From Obrimoposthia wandeli (taxonomy: Eukaryota): a stretch of 64,000 bases of DNA. The translations under genes and the position numbers were made by a program. Shown here one piece after another: positions 1 through 12,655 of this stretch (position 1 is the stretch's first letter; every line of letters starts with the position of its first letter). The stretch spans positions 124,001 through 188,000 of the forward strand of contig CDROCS010003502.1 of the NCBI GenBank assembly GCA_977020255.1, in the 5' to 3' direction. The notes beneath the pieces were generated by a model. The model was given only the letters and a program-made list of their open reading frames with translations. It searched no databases and was not told the origin of the DNA.

Positions 1-129
1 AGTAGAAATAATACTGCTTCCTGACTACTAATATCACGTCGGCACTGTACCATAGCTAATTTTTTGATTTTTTTCTTCGAAATTCCTTTCTTTGTGCAAT
101 CAGTTAAACGCTTCTGAAATCTCAACTGT

Positions 130-1929
130 TTCGAGATGATGTTTCTTCCTTCATGTCGTACTTCAACAAATATACAAAAAAAAACGATATGAAGATATCA
201 ATAATTGCATATCTGTATTCGCATTACATATGCCAAGTACATATATATTATGAGGAACACAAAGTGAATCATTAGTCCTGTATAAAACACTCAAATAATT
301 TTTGGAATCCCGTTTTATTTGAGTTTCCAAACATGTATTCTTTGGATAGTTAAATCGACATTTCTCGGAATTTTTCTCACGTTTTAGACATTGCGGTCCA
401 TTTCAAGTATGGCGGCAGACAATGTTTGCTAATTTATCTGAATGGTCCTTTAAATCCTCAATATCCTCCGCCATCATTCTACGTAGTGATTCTAAATCAA
501 TATTTATATCTTTACCGTTTAAATCATTGATGGTTCGAATATAGGAATCCGTAAAGGAAATCATTTCTCTGACTGGCACTATATCTTTCTTCATGAATGT
601 CTCAAATTCTATGTGGAATAAACAACAGTGAAAATGAAGACTTCCCCGACTCTGGATTTCAAATCTTCCGAAATATACATAGCAACCAAGTTCTTTCACC
701 ACAATTTCTTCCAAAAACGAATTAACCTTTTTGTGAAACCAAACAGAAGTTGGAAATGGATAGGATTTTACCATCTTTCCTAATTCTTTTACAGTTGAGG
801 TTCCATACAATTTTATAAGATGGCCACATGAATTGTCATTCGCTGACATAGTAAGAAAGAATGCAGGCATGAAGAGATATGCTCATACATTCTAACTTAT
901 ACCTCTCCTGTGCCCAAAATGTTGGAGATTTTTTGTGAAATTGAGATTATTTTCAAAAATTCCTAATTTTTTAAATTTGCTAAAATATCAAAAGAATCAT
1001 AGTAAAATAAAAAAATAGTATTTTTAATAAAAATCTACCAGATTCAAGGATTGTCAATCGCTGACCAAAGCTATCACATTAAAACTTTAACAAAAGATTC
1101 TTGCGAAATCGGCTATCCTGGTGTGAGAATAAAAATTGGCAAAAATCTTTAAAAGTAACCTTACAAATATTTCTGTGATTGTTAATTCCGCGAAAGCATT
1201 TCGGTGTTCCACGAGGGAATAAATGTAGAAATGCTAATGATAAAAGCCCAGGATTTTGAAATTCATTCACTGGGTCAATAGATTGAGCAGGAAATTTGAC
1301 AATAGGATATTGTTCAAGAAAGTTTCTTCAATATCAACATTATTTAATTTGTAATGGGTGTTGAACGTTGCCGAGTCTGCATACTCATCATTTATCCCAT
1401 CATCTTCATCTAATTCTACGATCTCTGAAACTTTCTGAAACTCCTGACCTGCTAAACTTTCTATCCTCTCTTCATCAATCATTATGTTTTCAAAGTATCT
1501 ATTGTTTTCTTTCAAAAATAATAAACACTCCTGAATTACTAAGTTTCGAACCCTGAGATGATGAACTCTATCGTCAGATCTTATCTTCAATACTAATATG
1601 AGTGGGACATCCTTCTGAGGCAGAGATGCAGTAAATCGATGCAAGTCTTGATGTAAGAAGATGGTATAACCAGATAAAGCATGGTAACCATATTTCAGCC
1701 TAAGTATGACAGCTGATAAAGAGTAGCATTATTAGCATTTTTATATAAACTCAAATCCTTGAAGAATTTCATTTACGCTCATATCATTGGCTGGAGAAAA
1801 CTTTGATAATGAAGATTTCAAATACTTACAGCTGGTACTACATATCAAACATACATCATGGTGCTGTTTCTCCGAAAATTTAACATTATTAAATGAATAT
1901 TCACACATCACACATGTAATTTTTATCAA
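130..1929 (-). mobile_element. Helitron-like (Helitron2/Helentron-type) Rep gene relic, fragmented by stops and frameshifts
   Basis: Consecutive minus-strand fragments carry Rep motifs in the expected order: KFSPANDM; LRVRNLVIQECLLFLKENNRYFENI; NEF...AFLHLFPRG; MPAFFLTMSAND; HUH motif RFEIQSRGSLHFH; KCRFNYP; and a YLLKYDMK-like motif near 140-170. Confidence 0.8.
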
Positions 1930-2279
1930 ATTCGTATTTAAGTGGTTATAAAAATTAATATTTATTTAAAAAATAGTTTCCATAAAATAATTTATTTATT
2001 GTCTTCTTAGTGTATTGGATTTTGTTTTGATTTTTTGATTGTACAGAGCACGTTTTCAACATTATAAAGACTCTTAAAAATATTTAATTTTTCTTTAATG
2101 TATGAATGATTATTTAAAAATAAAGAGTTACTGATTAAAACCGTACAATTGGTAATTTTCAATCTTGCACTTTTCTTTGTAGGATAAATTTGTTGCATGA
2201 ATTGTTTACGTTTATGAACTATTTTTCCATCATTAACCTCATCCAAAACAACGCAATCACCCAACTCCCTTTCTAATAA

Positions 2280-2840
2280 TGGGCCCTTACCTAAGATTGT
2301 CCGACATTCTATTGAAACTTCAATTGAATAATTTGGAGAGTTCCCATCAATTGTCGGCCGGTTTGATGTATTTATTGCATCCGGTTCCTGTAATTGAGTT
2401 CCTGTGGGTCTGCCCTGCCCATTCAAAAAACCGTGCACTTGATTTGAACCTGTTTTATTAAAAAACATACAATTAAACTGAGTTAGAGTATTGTGAGATT
2501 GATAGAGTGGATGTGAATAAGTGATTTATTGAGGGAAAGTGAGTGAAAATGAGTGAGTGTTAGTGAAAGTGAGAGTGAGAGCGAGTTACTGAGTGTGAGT
2601 GAGTGTAAGTAACTGTGAGTGAACTGGGCATTTATTTAACTCACTTTCTAAATATTCGCTATTGTCTAAGATTGCCAGACATTCCGTTGACCCTTCTGCT
2701 GGAATATTAATGGAGTTACCCTCAATTGTCAACCGGTTTGATGTCGGGGTTGCCTCAGGGTCCTGCAATTGAATTCCTGTGGGTCTACACTGCCCAATCA
2801 GAAGACCGCGCACTTAATTTGAACCTGTTTTATTAAAAAA
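2280..2840 (-). repeat. Duplicated ~190-bp exon-like unit (2280-2470 and 2650-2840) separated by GTGA-rich microsatellite
   Basis: Both copies begin after the same acceptor-like ttttttaataaaacag|GTTCAAAT and encode similar peptides (HGFLNGQGRPTGTQLQEPDA vs RGLLIGQCRPTGIQLQDPEA). Confidence 0.75.
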
Positions 2841-3074
2841 ATCTAGTTAAACTGAGTATGTGTGAGTATGTGTGAGATTGAGTGTGAGTATGTGTGAGAT
2901 TGAGTGTGAGAATGAAACTGACAGTGAGTGTAAATATGTGATTTATTGAGTGAGAGTGAGTGAGAGTGAGTGAAATTCATGAATAACTTAAAATACTAGG
3001 ATTTCAATCTTAAGACCGAATTAAAAACCAATAAACCAAAGTCAAAAAACCTTAAACAGACACATGCATGCAGA

Positions 3075-3566
3075 ATGTCCTGCCCCATATGCCTTAAACG
3101 ACTCATAGGTCAGACAGTGGTTCCCCAACAATGTACACACCGATTTCATAATTGGTGCTTGCACACATGGGCCAGATCGCGGCCAGCCACCATCACTACC
3201 TGCCCAATGTGTCAGACATCCTTCGATCATTGGACAATCTACTCCCACAAGCTGTATTGGAGAGGAACAATGCTAGTGTTCCACGTGCCCAACGCGACGT
3301 CGCAACGTACAGCGTCGTGCCAGAGAAGTGTGGTGTTCCAGCCGGGACCGACACTCTTGGCAATGCACGCGGAATGTGTGGATCGCTACTCGAGATCGAC
3401 ACATCTCAAGGAACCAGGGCGTTCCAATTTACTATCAAAGTGCCCACCTCAACGTAATTCAACAGCTGGGGCTATATTTCGAAGATTGACCAGCCTCCCC
3501 GACATTATACTTGGAGCAAGTAGCCCAGTTCCTAGAGGAACAAAACAATTTGGCCATAACAATTGA
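3075..3566 (+). CDS. RING-H2 finger ORF in a GC-rich island (C-terminal part possibly frameshifted or degenerate)
   Basis: CPIC-x13-CTH-x2-H-x2-C-x14-CPMC spacing at the N-terminus; the remainder is not recognisable. Confidence 0.6.
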   Translation: MSCPICLKRLIGQTVVPQQCTHRFHNWCLHTWARSRPATITTCPMCQTSFDHWTIYSHKLYWRGTMLVFHVPNATSQRTASCQRSVVFQPGPTLLAMHAECVDRYSRSTHLKEPGRSNLLSKCPPQRNSTAGAIFRRLTSLPDIILGASSPVPRGTKQFGHNN

Positions 3567-3606
3567 CCTAACTTTGACATCACCCCTCCTTCACCAAATG
3601 ACGTTT

Positions 3607-5110
3607 TGTAAAGTTTTAGTATAATATTAATATAGTAGTACGTAAAATATATGTTCTACACCCGAATTTTGACTACTTGGATAAGGTTTTGTATTCATCT
3701 ACAACTGTATCGTAGATTAAGTTCGTATGTTTAAGTAAGTAGAGTGACATTTAAAATCTGCACTGTTCCGAGGACGTAACTTTTTTTAAATCCCGAAAGT
3801 AGGTTAGAATAAAAAAATAGTAAAAATGTAAATAAATAAAATATTATTTATAGTAGAAGTTAACTAGAAAAATATAAGGTTAAATTGGAAATAAATTAAA
3901 ATACAAAAAATAATAAATTTCGAGTATATTAAATTAAAAATAAAATGGGGCCTTGAAGAGGTCATGAGATGTGTATAAGATTAAAACAATGTACAATGGG
4001 GCCGTGGAGAGAACAAAACTTCAAGTAGACAGTTCATAAGAAAGAGATTATCGATAAATAATATTGAACAATAATTCAGTTAGACCAGATTCGGTTAATT
4101 ACATTCAGATCAGATTCAATTAATTACAGTCACACCAGATTCTGTTATCAGTAATTAACCTCGCGAATTCCGACGATATCCGACCGCATTCACTAGAAGA
4201 TAACTTTGTGAACAGATAACTATTACCCATCACCAGGAACCGTCGTCGGAAAATCGATCAATTAAAATCGGAAAATCGATCAACAGAGCGATTAACAGTT
4301 ATCGAGGAGAAATCGTCATATATAAAAATCGAGATCGGAGCATCGGCGCACAACAACAAGTAGCAGAAGAAGTCAGCGGTATAGACTCTATCATTAATAC
4401 TGAAATACAGTAACATAAAACCCTATCTTGTACTGTACAGAGGTACAAACGAAACAAGTGACACAAAAAACAGTACATAATTCGGACAACTTCAAGGATT
4501 CGATTGACGGAAACTAACGGCGAGACAAGCCAAGCAAAAGGAGAATACATTCAGACATAGGGTATTGGAATAGTTTATTTGTGAGAACCCGAATTGTGAC
4601 GTAATCAAATTATCATTTTGAGTCGAAATTGTGAAAGTAGTGTTTCAAAAGTAGATACGTGTTCGTAAACAAATAATCATTTTTGAGTAGAAATTGTGAA
4701 AGTAGTGTTTCAAAGTTATATATCGTGTAAACTTGTGAAATTAATATTGAAGTTATTTACTTATGTAATTTTAGGAATAACATTAGGGATTGAACCGAGT
4801 ATAGTGTCGACCTACTTTCTAGAAGTTTGAATAATCCCATAATCGTTTTTTTGTAATTACGTGTTAGAGAATATAAGTAGTGATTTAAAAAATTCTACTA
4901 TTTCATAATTGCGAGACGCACCCTATTAGAGTCAGCTCACTAACATATAGGCTAGCTGTAAGTTAAATTACATAGCGGTGTTTCAAGCTCAGCGAATTCA
5001 GAGACATCGTTAGTGTCATTTGGCTTCAGCTCTGTTCATTTATTTTTAGACCCTATCTCGACTTAAACTCAAAAAAGACCAGTCATTCCGTACGCTCACA
5101 TCACACAACA
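3607..5110. mobile_element. Probable solo-LTR-like sequence (boundaries uncertain)
   Basis: No ORF. Shares the block gggccttgaagaggtcatgagatgt...gggccgtgg with 12835-12900 (gggccttgagaggtcgtgtgtgatgt...gggccattg). No TSD found. Confidence 0.3.
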
Positions 5111-7289
5111 CTAGTTTTAGGGCCCCTCCTAGTTATCCTTTAACACAACTCTTTGAACGAATATCTCAAAACAATAAGACATATACATCACTAATAAAAG
5201 GACAGCACTTCTAAAATTGCTCCCAAAAATATTGGAATAGTCGAAGTTATAAATCAGAAATTTTCTACATTGCTTTTTTCATTTCAAATTCACCTGCACG
5301 GAAAGAAATTCATTATTCTGAACCAACTTAGATTGAAATACAATTTCAATCGTGATACATCAATATTAACATAAATACCTAATAATTTACTTAAATATTC
5401 TCACGGATGGACCTTCCCAAGGTAATCTTCAGAGAATTCAAACTAGAATATATGTAGTGACTATTGAAGCACAAAAATTATGAAATACAAAAGGTTTGCA
5501 AAATAAAAAATGCTTCGGACATCTGTTCCCGATTTTTTGAAATACATTTTAATTTTTGAATTGGTGGATCTTAGTGGCAATTCAGTTTCTTTGTATGCTT
5601 AAAATAGTTACAATTCAGTTCATTACCACGATGCATAACCCTACCGATAGCCCAAACAGATACAGTAACATCCAAAAAAAACAAGGAACCACGAAGGACT
5701 TATTTTTGGCAGGTGTTTATGACAAGAAAGTATTCTAGTGGGAGCTTTCCGTAGTTTTGTGGTTTCACCTAAGAAAAGTCTGAGGCATTTCTCCGTTTTT
5801 AGCTCTAGATTGTATCACTTGTTATATTGGGGCTGTCACAGCACTCTGTTTACCACCTACTATAGCAGGCGTATTGTGATTGGCCCCACTTTCATATATA
5901 ACAGCTGGCAAAATAAATAAGATTACCAGTCTCAATTTAGAATTATTTTGTAAACCTGGATTTGTGAAATTTGAAAATGTTCAAAACATATTATTATAAA
6001 TAATTAGCAATCATTGTGAGCTCTGTTCTAGCTTTCAGGGATACCAAATTGAAAGAAAACACAAGATATAAGAAGATCTCAATAATGTAAGTTTTTTTCT
6101 ATATTATACTGCTGTTTCTTGATTTACAAATTTTAAACGAATGGATCGCTCATAATTAGTAAACTTTAAAAATACTACACATTGTTGCTTGTGTAGCATA
6201 GAATACTGGAATTATTAGTGATCATGATCACATCACTGTTAAAGATCTTGTTACTGGTTGCAATAAGTGTAGTTTACTCTGACAATTTATTTTATCAGTT
6301 GTTTTTCATAATCTTATGAATTATGATATTCCACATATTATAAAATAATTCTGACATAATGAGTGAAAGATATTCAATTACCACAAAATATAGGGAAAAA
6401 TCCATATCCCTAATAATCAGATGAAAGCGGTTTATTGATTCAATAATATACACATCAGTCTTGAAAAATTAATCTCGTATTTACCTAATTATCTATTTTA
6501 CAATATACTTGAATTTGAGTAAGGGAATATTATCAGTGAAAGAAAATTTATTGAAAATATTTTGTTACATGTCTACAAAATACTCTCGAAAATATTTGCT
6601 AAGAACAATGTTAAATTCTTTTCTCCGCAAACACAGTATTAGATATAAAATTAAATTAAATAATTAAATTTATTGGATTTCATATTGTTTAAATATTATG
6701 TTTGTTAGGGTGTCATAAAATGAAGCATTTAGAAATATTCTTTTTTGTTTTTTAAATGAAGATAAATATATTTAATGTGATCAGTTTGATGTTAAATTAT
6801 GTGGATATGTGGTGCAAACGCTCAGAAATTTACTGAGGGTGAAATAATTGCCAAAGGTTACTTATTAAATAAATAATAGTTATACAACAGAGATTTTTAA
6901 CCTGAGAATATGCGTCCTCCAGAGGTTATTTAAATCTCTAAGTTTGGAATAGATAGAGAAATAGATTGAACAATGAAAGATTCCATTTTTTGCAATAAGT
7001 GTAATCATTAATTACGTGTAATTTCTAGTTGTTTTAGGAAATACGTGTAATTCCTAAATTGACCAGTGATTACACGTAATTACTAAGAAAAATGGAACTT
7101 TTACGCTTATTTACTAAATTCAAATTTTCACAGTAATATTATAATATTTGGAGAGAAAAAACGTTTATTGCCGAAAAGTAAATATTTACATTTAAACCTC
7201 AATTTATTTACATGAAATACATGATGATATTGGTTAGTTGTTTTTGCACATGTTACTATTGTAGCACCTTGAATTGCATTAAAATGTTA

Positions 7290-8761
7290 GCCTTCAAACA
7301 TTTGCAAGTTTTCCGTGTACAGCCTGTTTACAGCTACATTTTACAAAGCCTTGCTCGTCTCCAATTGATTATAATCATGCTGCCTCCCGAACACATATTT
7401 CATTGTTAATATCGATTTCCGCTTCTGATAGTAGTACGCTGTAAACTGATTTCTTGAAAACATGGATGCAAGCAGTCCATTGTGTGTACCGAGTTTATAT
7501 TGTTCAGTGTTAGAATCAAAAGCGGTCAGAACACAATATGTATCTGGGATCACCTCGACCTCTGCCAACGCTTGGAATGGGTACTGTAACATTATCTCCA
7601 ACATCGATTAGGCGCAATATCTGATTACTCCTTGCAACCATTTTGTCAGCTTCATCTGACAAACTATTGCCACTCGCTTGTCTCTCTCTATCAATTTGGT
7701 CTTTGCGTTTACAAAGCACACATATGTTGCCGTCTTGGACAATGGCCTGAAACACAGAGTGACAAGTTACTGATTCATGTTTATAATCCAAAGGTTCGAA
7801 AATACCATTAGCATCATGTTCCGCGGAAGTAATGTTAACAAATATTCTGTGAGATGAATTATCGCTCAAAAGATTTTGTAAATTTTCCTCGTTTTGTAAA
7901 ACTTGAAGAATTTCGTTTGGAATCGGTGTATGACCTCGTGTGATCTTTTAATTTCAACATGATTTTGGCGATTGTTCTAAAATTGTACAAACTTTATGCC
8001 AACTGCCCAATTTGTTGTGTTGTTATCCCTCATCCAGCTGACAAGTATATCATGAATATCACCGTTAGATCGCTCAAAACTTCCTTGGGACTGTGGATGT
8101 CTTGGCTTTCCACAAACGATAACAAGTTCAGGCCATAGCACTTTAAGCTCTGTAATCATGTTTGCCGTAAATTCACGACAATTATCGCTTAGCAAGATAT
8201 GTGGGGACTCAAAAACAAGAAAAACGCTAGACAGAAACTTATAAGCTACTTCAGCTGCCCTTTTTGATGTTAAGCTTTCAACACAAAACTTAGTCAAATG
8301 ATCTTGGTAATTCATGATGAATTTGGAATTGCCATCCGGCATACTTTAAATATCCCTCAAATCCACATGGCCTCTTGAATTAAAATAACTGGAAAGAATA
8401 GGTCTGACAACAACACCTTTACAGGGACCCTTTTTTCTAAGTTGACATTCTTCACACATTGACGTGAAAAGATTTATGGAATGTAGAGGAATATTCAAAT
8501 AATTCCTGTTAAGATCCTTTTGCATTTTGTCTCTTCCAGCATGGTTTAGGGCAGTAGTAGATTTTTTATAATATCAAACATTTCATCGATATTGATAACA
8601 TATTTAATTTCATCATCCTCAGATTTCCTTTTCTTGACTATTTTAACGACATCGCCCAGCTGGATAATTTCTAATCGGAAAAGTTGAGGAACTTTATAAC
8701 TGGTTGTAATGTAATAAAAAAAAGATACAGTAGCAATTGCAGAATGAAGAACAGCAATCAA
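7290..8761 (-). mobile_element. Ginger2/TDD-type (KRBA2/SCAND3-like) DDE integrase transposon relic
   Basis: YQDHLTKF, LLSDNCREF and GKPRHPQSQGSFERSN core. Downstream are VGDNVTVPIP..RGRGDPR, YKLGTHNGLL..MFSRNQF and a Cys-rich CSC...CNSRC tail. Multiple frame breaks. Confidence 0.85.
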
Positions 8762-10139
8762 TGTACTGTTCCGTTGCGTTTTGTCATTTGTGTTTGAAAT
8801 GTTTTCTATGTTTTTTGTGCATTTAAAGTAATAAAAATAATGAAATACATAAACAACTCATTTTTATTTCGCACGTCGCATATCTGGAATAATCATCAGT
8901 TCGATACAGTAAGCAAAAAGCGGAAACTATTTTGAAGCAGTTAACACCATATCGTAGCAATAATTTGGCAATATGACCTTTATTCTGTGTATTAATGTAC
9001 AATCTCTGTTTATGACAACGTAATCACCAACCAAAGAACCAACTCTCTAACTCCCAAACAGTCAACATCTGCGTGATTAGTCTATCACAATGCCCTTATA
9101 TCCATTTCCCGACTACCATTAGTCAGTCTCGTTTCCTTAGTATTCCCCAGAGAAACAGTATGAAACACAATCAGAGAGACGTTTATCCAATTGCCTCCCT
9201 GTGGCCTACAACTATATGACTAACAACTGCTGCCAATCTGTTGACATTAGCTTTTTCTCACCTGTACCACGATGTTTATATAAATCAACATCACCAATGC
9301 TGTGACAACTTCTCTCTTTGGCGTTCTGGTGCTCAGTATCGCTATTTTCTCGTACTGCCATTGTGATTTCTTTCTCTCCCTGCGTCCTTTTTCACTGTAT
9401 GACAGTTCCCAAATCCAGCCGAATCAAGACGCACACACGCACAGATCTGTGTCCATTTCTCCCTTTGCAGCGAATCTACTGTCACCGCCTATCAGACTTT
9501 GGACAAATTAAGTACACATACCCTTATCTATCTGTTGTCAATCTCTATCCATCCCTCTTCTGTAATCCCTTATTCCCAATGTGTGTGTAAAACTTTACAA
9601 CCCCTATTTTTCTCACATACAATTTTGTTTCTACAAAATTGATTAGCATAAATCATTGAACCCACAATTTTTGTTTTGATTAATTTTTTCACTTACTAGT
9701 AACCACAGATGATAATCGAAAGTATCTCAATCTAATGAGACAAATTATTTGACAAACATAATATTAAAACTAACAATTTTAAAAGTAACATTTTGGTATC
9801 GGTTGATTACGGTATTACAATTGATTAAAATACCATTACAATTTACGGAATTTGGAAAACCAAAACCATTGAAGATATCGTCTATGAGTTCTTATTCAAA
9901 CAATATTAAAACTCTATTCCTGCGGGATTGATTTTGAAGATGCTGCAAAGCGTTCAAGTTGAAATGTATGAGTTAAGGCCGCATTAAGGGATACAATAGA
10001 AACAATATTCTTAACATATCAGTGAGAAATTTTCTTTCTTGGAAGATATATTTTTTATATCGCTTCCAATTCAAGAGTGGGGAGATAGAGAGTAATGTGT
10101 CTAGACGAGGCATCCATTTAGTCCCAATTTTGTTGAAGG

Positions 10140-10560
10140 TGTACAAGATTTGAATAAGAATATTGAGAGTTACTCACAAAATGAGAATAAATGGAAGGTT
10201 TCTCGTCTCATGGAGATTTCAGTCATCGTTATTATTTTCAAGGGAGCAGTTATATCGCAACCTCGTATGCTTCACTTGTGTCTAGAACAGTAGTTAATGT
10301 TTCACACATATTGGTAGGTCTGTTTATAGACAGACCCACATAGACATGAGCAGTATAAGGGTTTATTCATAGAATTTTATTATGATGATGCAGATATTCT
10401 AATTATATTAGGTAACATACCGCGTTTCGAGAGAAATAACCCTAGGCTCTCGATCAACGTATTTACCCTCATTTTTACCCTCAGTATACCACATAATAAA
10501 GAAATCCTCATGTGCATGATACTTACCACATAATTAACTTACTGTGCAGAGTTTAAAACT
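10140..10560 (+). pseudogene. Degraded fragment of a second Polinton-type pPolB N-terminal region
   Basis: Fragments DLNKNIESYSQNENKWKV, GSSYIAT...VVNV, NIPRFERNNPRLSINVF and HIINLL align in order with the polB of the element at 46438-48084 (ELNNKIEIYKDMSSGWSV, GSSFIKT...IVNV, GIKAFEKLNNIAITVF, VVNLL). Confidence 0.7.
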
Positions 10561-12076
10561 ATGCTCAGGTGTTGATTCTGACATAGAGAAAAAAGGTGAT
10601 GTCACAAATATCTGTTAATTTCTGAAATGAGCTACATTTTGAGTAATCTTCATCCGATTAAGTTTGGACCTCATCTTAAAGTTGTACAACAATGAGACGC
10701 ACTAGGTTCAGTGCTTAAATATCCACATCAAATCAACTTGTTCCCCAGACTTTTAATTGTTTCAAAATTTTGCCAAATTAATTTATTTTAACACTTTTTT
10801 AGACTTCATCCCGTTTGTTATAACTGAACGAGTGGAAATAAATAATAAATTGTTGGATTACACACATACAAACCCAGTTCCAAGATGCTCCTTATCATAT
10901 TCAATCAGAATAACATAAAATATTACATACGAAAGTTGTCAAATATAAAAATACCTAAGAATTTCTAAAGTTGATAATTATTTAATTTTGTAAATAACTG
11001 GGATAAAAAATACTGAATAAATGTAACAATATCCAAAGAAAACTCACTATTATGACTAGCTATCTCTTTTCGTCAGAATGACCCTTAAAATTTCTGTTTT
11101 CAAGCACTGGAAAACCCTGAAAATAATTTTATTTCAGCTGCTTTGAGCATTGAGCTTTGAATAAAGAATAATAGACTTACTACCTTTAAATGTTTATTTT
11201 CTAGTATTTGATAAACCGAAACAATCTTTAATTGTATAGTCACGTGATTAAAATGAGTCACCATTTTTTATTTATTTCATTTTTAAAATATATAATAGCA
11301 AATACATAATATAAAAAAACATTTTCATAGATTTTGCTAGTATAATAAGTTGCTAGTTCAGTTTATTGAGCAGATGTTATATATATATACATATTTTATA
11401 AAAATAAAAACTTGAAAAATTTATCTTTTTAAACAATTTTGAAAAAATCTATATGACTTTTATTTTGTTTTAAAATTACTGCTTTTTATAACCTTAAAAG
11501 CGAAAATCGTAGTTTATTTTTAGTCAAGGCCATTCGACAAAAAAAAATGAAATTAGGGACATTTTTTATGAACCAAATTAAAACAAATGAAAATTTTAAA
11601 ACTTTCGTATGTTTAAAACAAATTATTTAAAAAGTGTAAAAATTTAAATCAGTCACAAATGTTAAATAAAATCTTTTTATTTTTAAAAGCTTCTTTTTTT
11701 TCATCATTATTCGAGAAAATATGAATAATTTTAATACAAAATTATCATAAAATAATTTAAAACTTTAGTGACAAGCGTTTTACATTGTATTTTAAATTTA
11801 ATAATAGTTATAATGATTTTTATTAAATTTACGACGAATTTATGCTTAATATTTGCAGATATTTATTTTAAAAGAAATTCAGTAATAAAATGGATTATAA
11901 GTCAATGAGATATTTCTTTCTAAATAAAAAAAATAAAAATAATAGCATTCATCCTAATATAATTAAAAATGTTTTCAATTTCAATTGACAATTAGAATAT
12001 TAAAATTGAATTTGATATTATTTTCTTAGTATATAGGGTTATTGAGTATGATTTAAATTAAATAAACTGATGTGTA

Positions 12077-12255
12077 CAGTAATTATTCACCTGTAAGGTT
12101 ATTCATTAAAACATGTTTTTGAGAGAGACCGACACCGAATCACTTATAGATGCATTATTTAAAAGCTTGGAAAGGTACTATTATAGGTGAAGCGTGAAAT
12201 TTTCGGTGACCGGACACCCTTATAGGTGGGACCCCTTATAGGTGAATAATTACTG
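12077..12255. mobile_element. Tc1/mariner-pogo-type MITE (179 bp)
   Basis: TIR CAGTAATTATTCACCT at both ends, flanked by TA on both sides; internal ccttataggtg repeats. Confidence 0.85.
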
Positions 12256-12655
12256 TATGACAACAATGGTCTTTCAATGAAATTTTTTTCATAATTAAAT
12301 ATATGGTACTGATTTCAACAAAATGTAGTAATTCAATGTTAAAACACCTTCATTGTGAATACTTGGGACGTGACTTCTCTTATATCTTGAATGTACCATA
12401 TTGGCAAAATAATTGTAACAAAGGACAGGAAAAAACACATAGAGTCTCCTTTAGGAATATTAGTCATTTCCTTTCAACTAGTACAGAGCTATTGAAAAAT
12501 CCATATTACAGCTTCACGAAAACTTCATTCCATATCTATTTCTGCAGATTTCAATAAACAATCTATTCAAAATATGATCGCCGGCGAAAGCATCACCTAA
12601 ATTCTTGTATCAGGAAACAATACTCAGTTTTACATTCGACTATCTTTAAAAGTAA

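Noticed and set aside
2490-2960. GTGA-rich repeats as a CRISPR-like or functional array
   Set aside because: Simple microsatellite-like sequence with no constant repeat-spacer periodicity, in a eukaryotic context.
5556-6090. Short + strand ORFs
   Set aside because: No recognisable domain or consistent exon structure.
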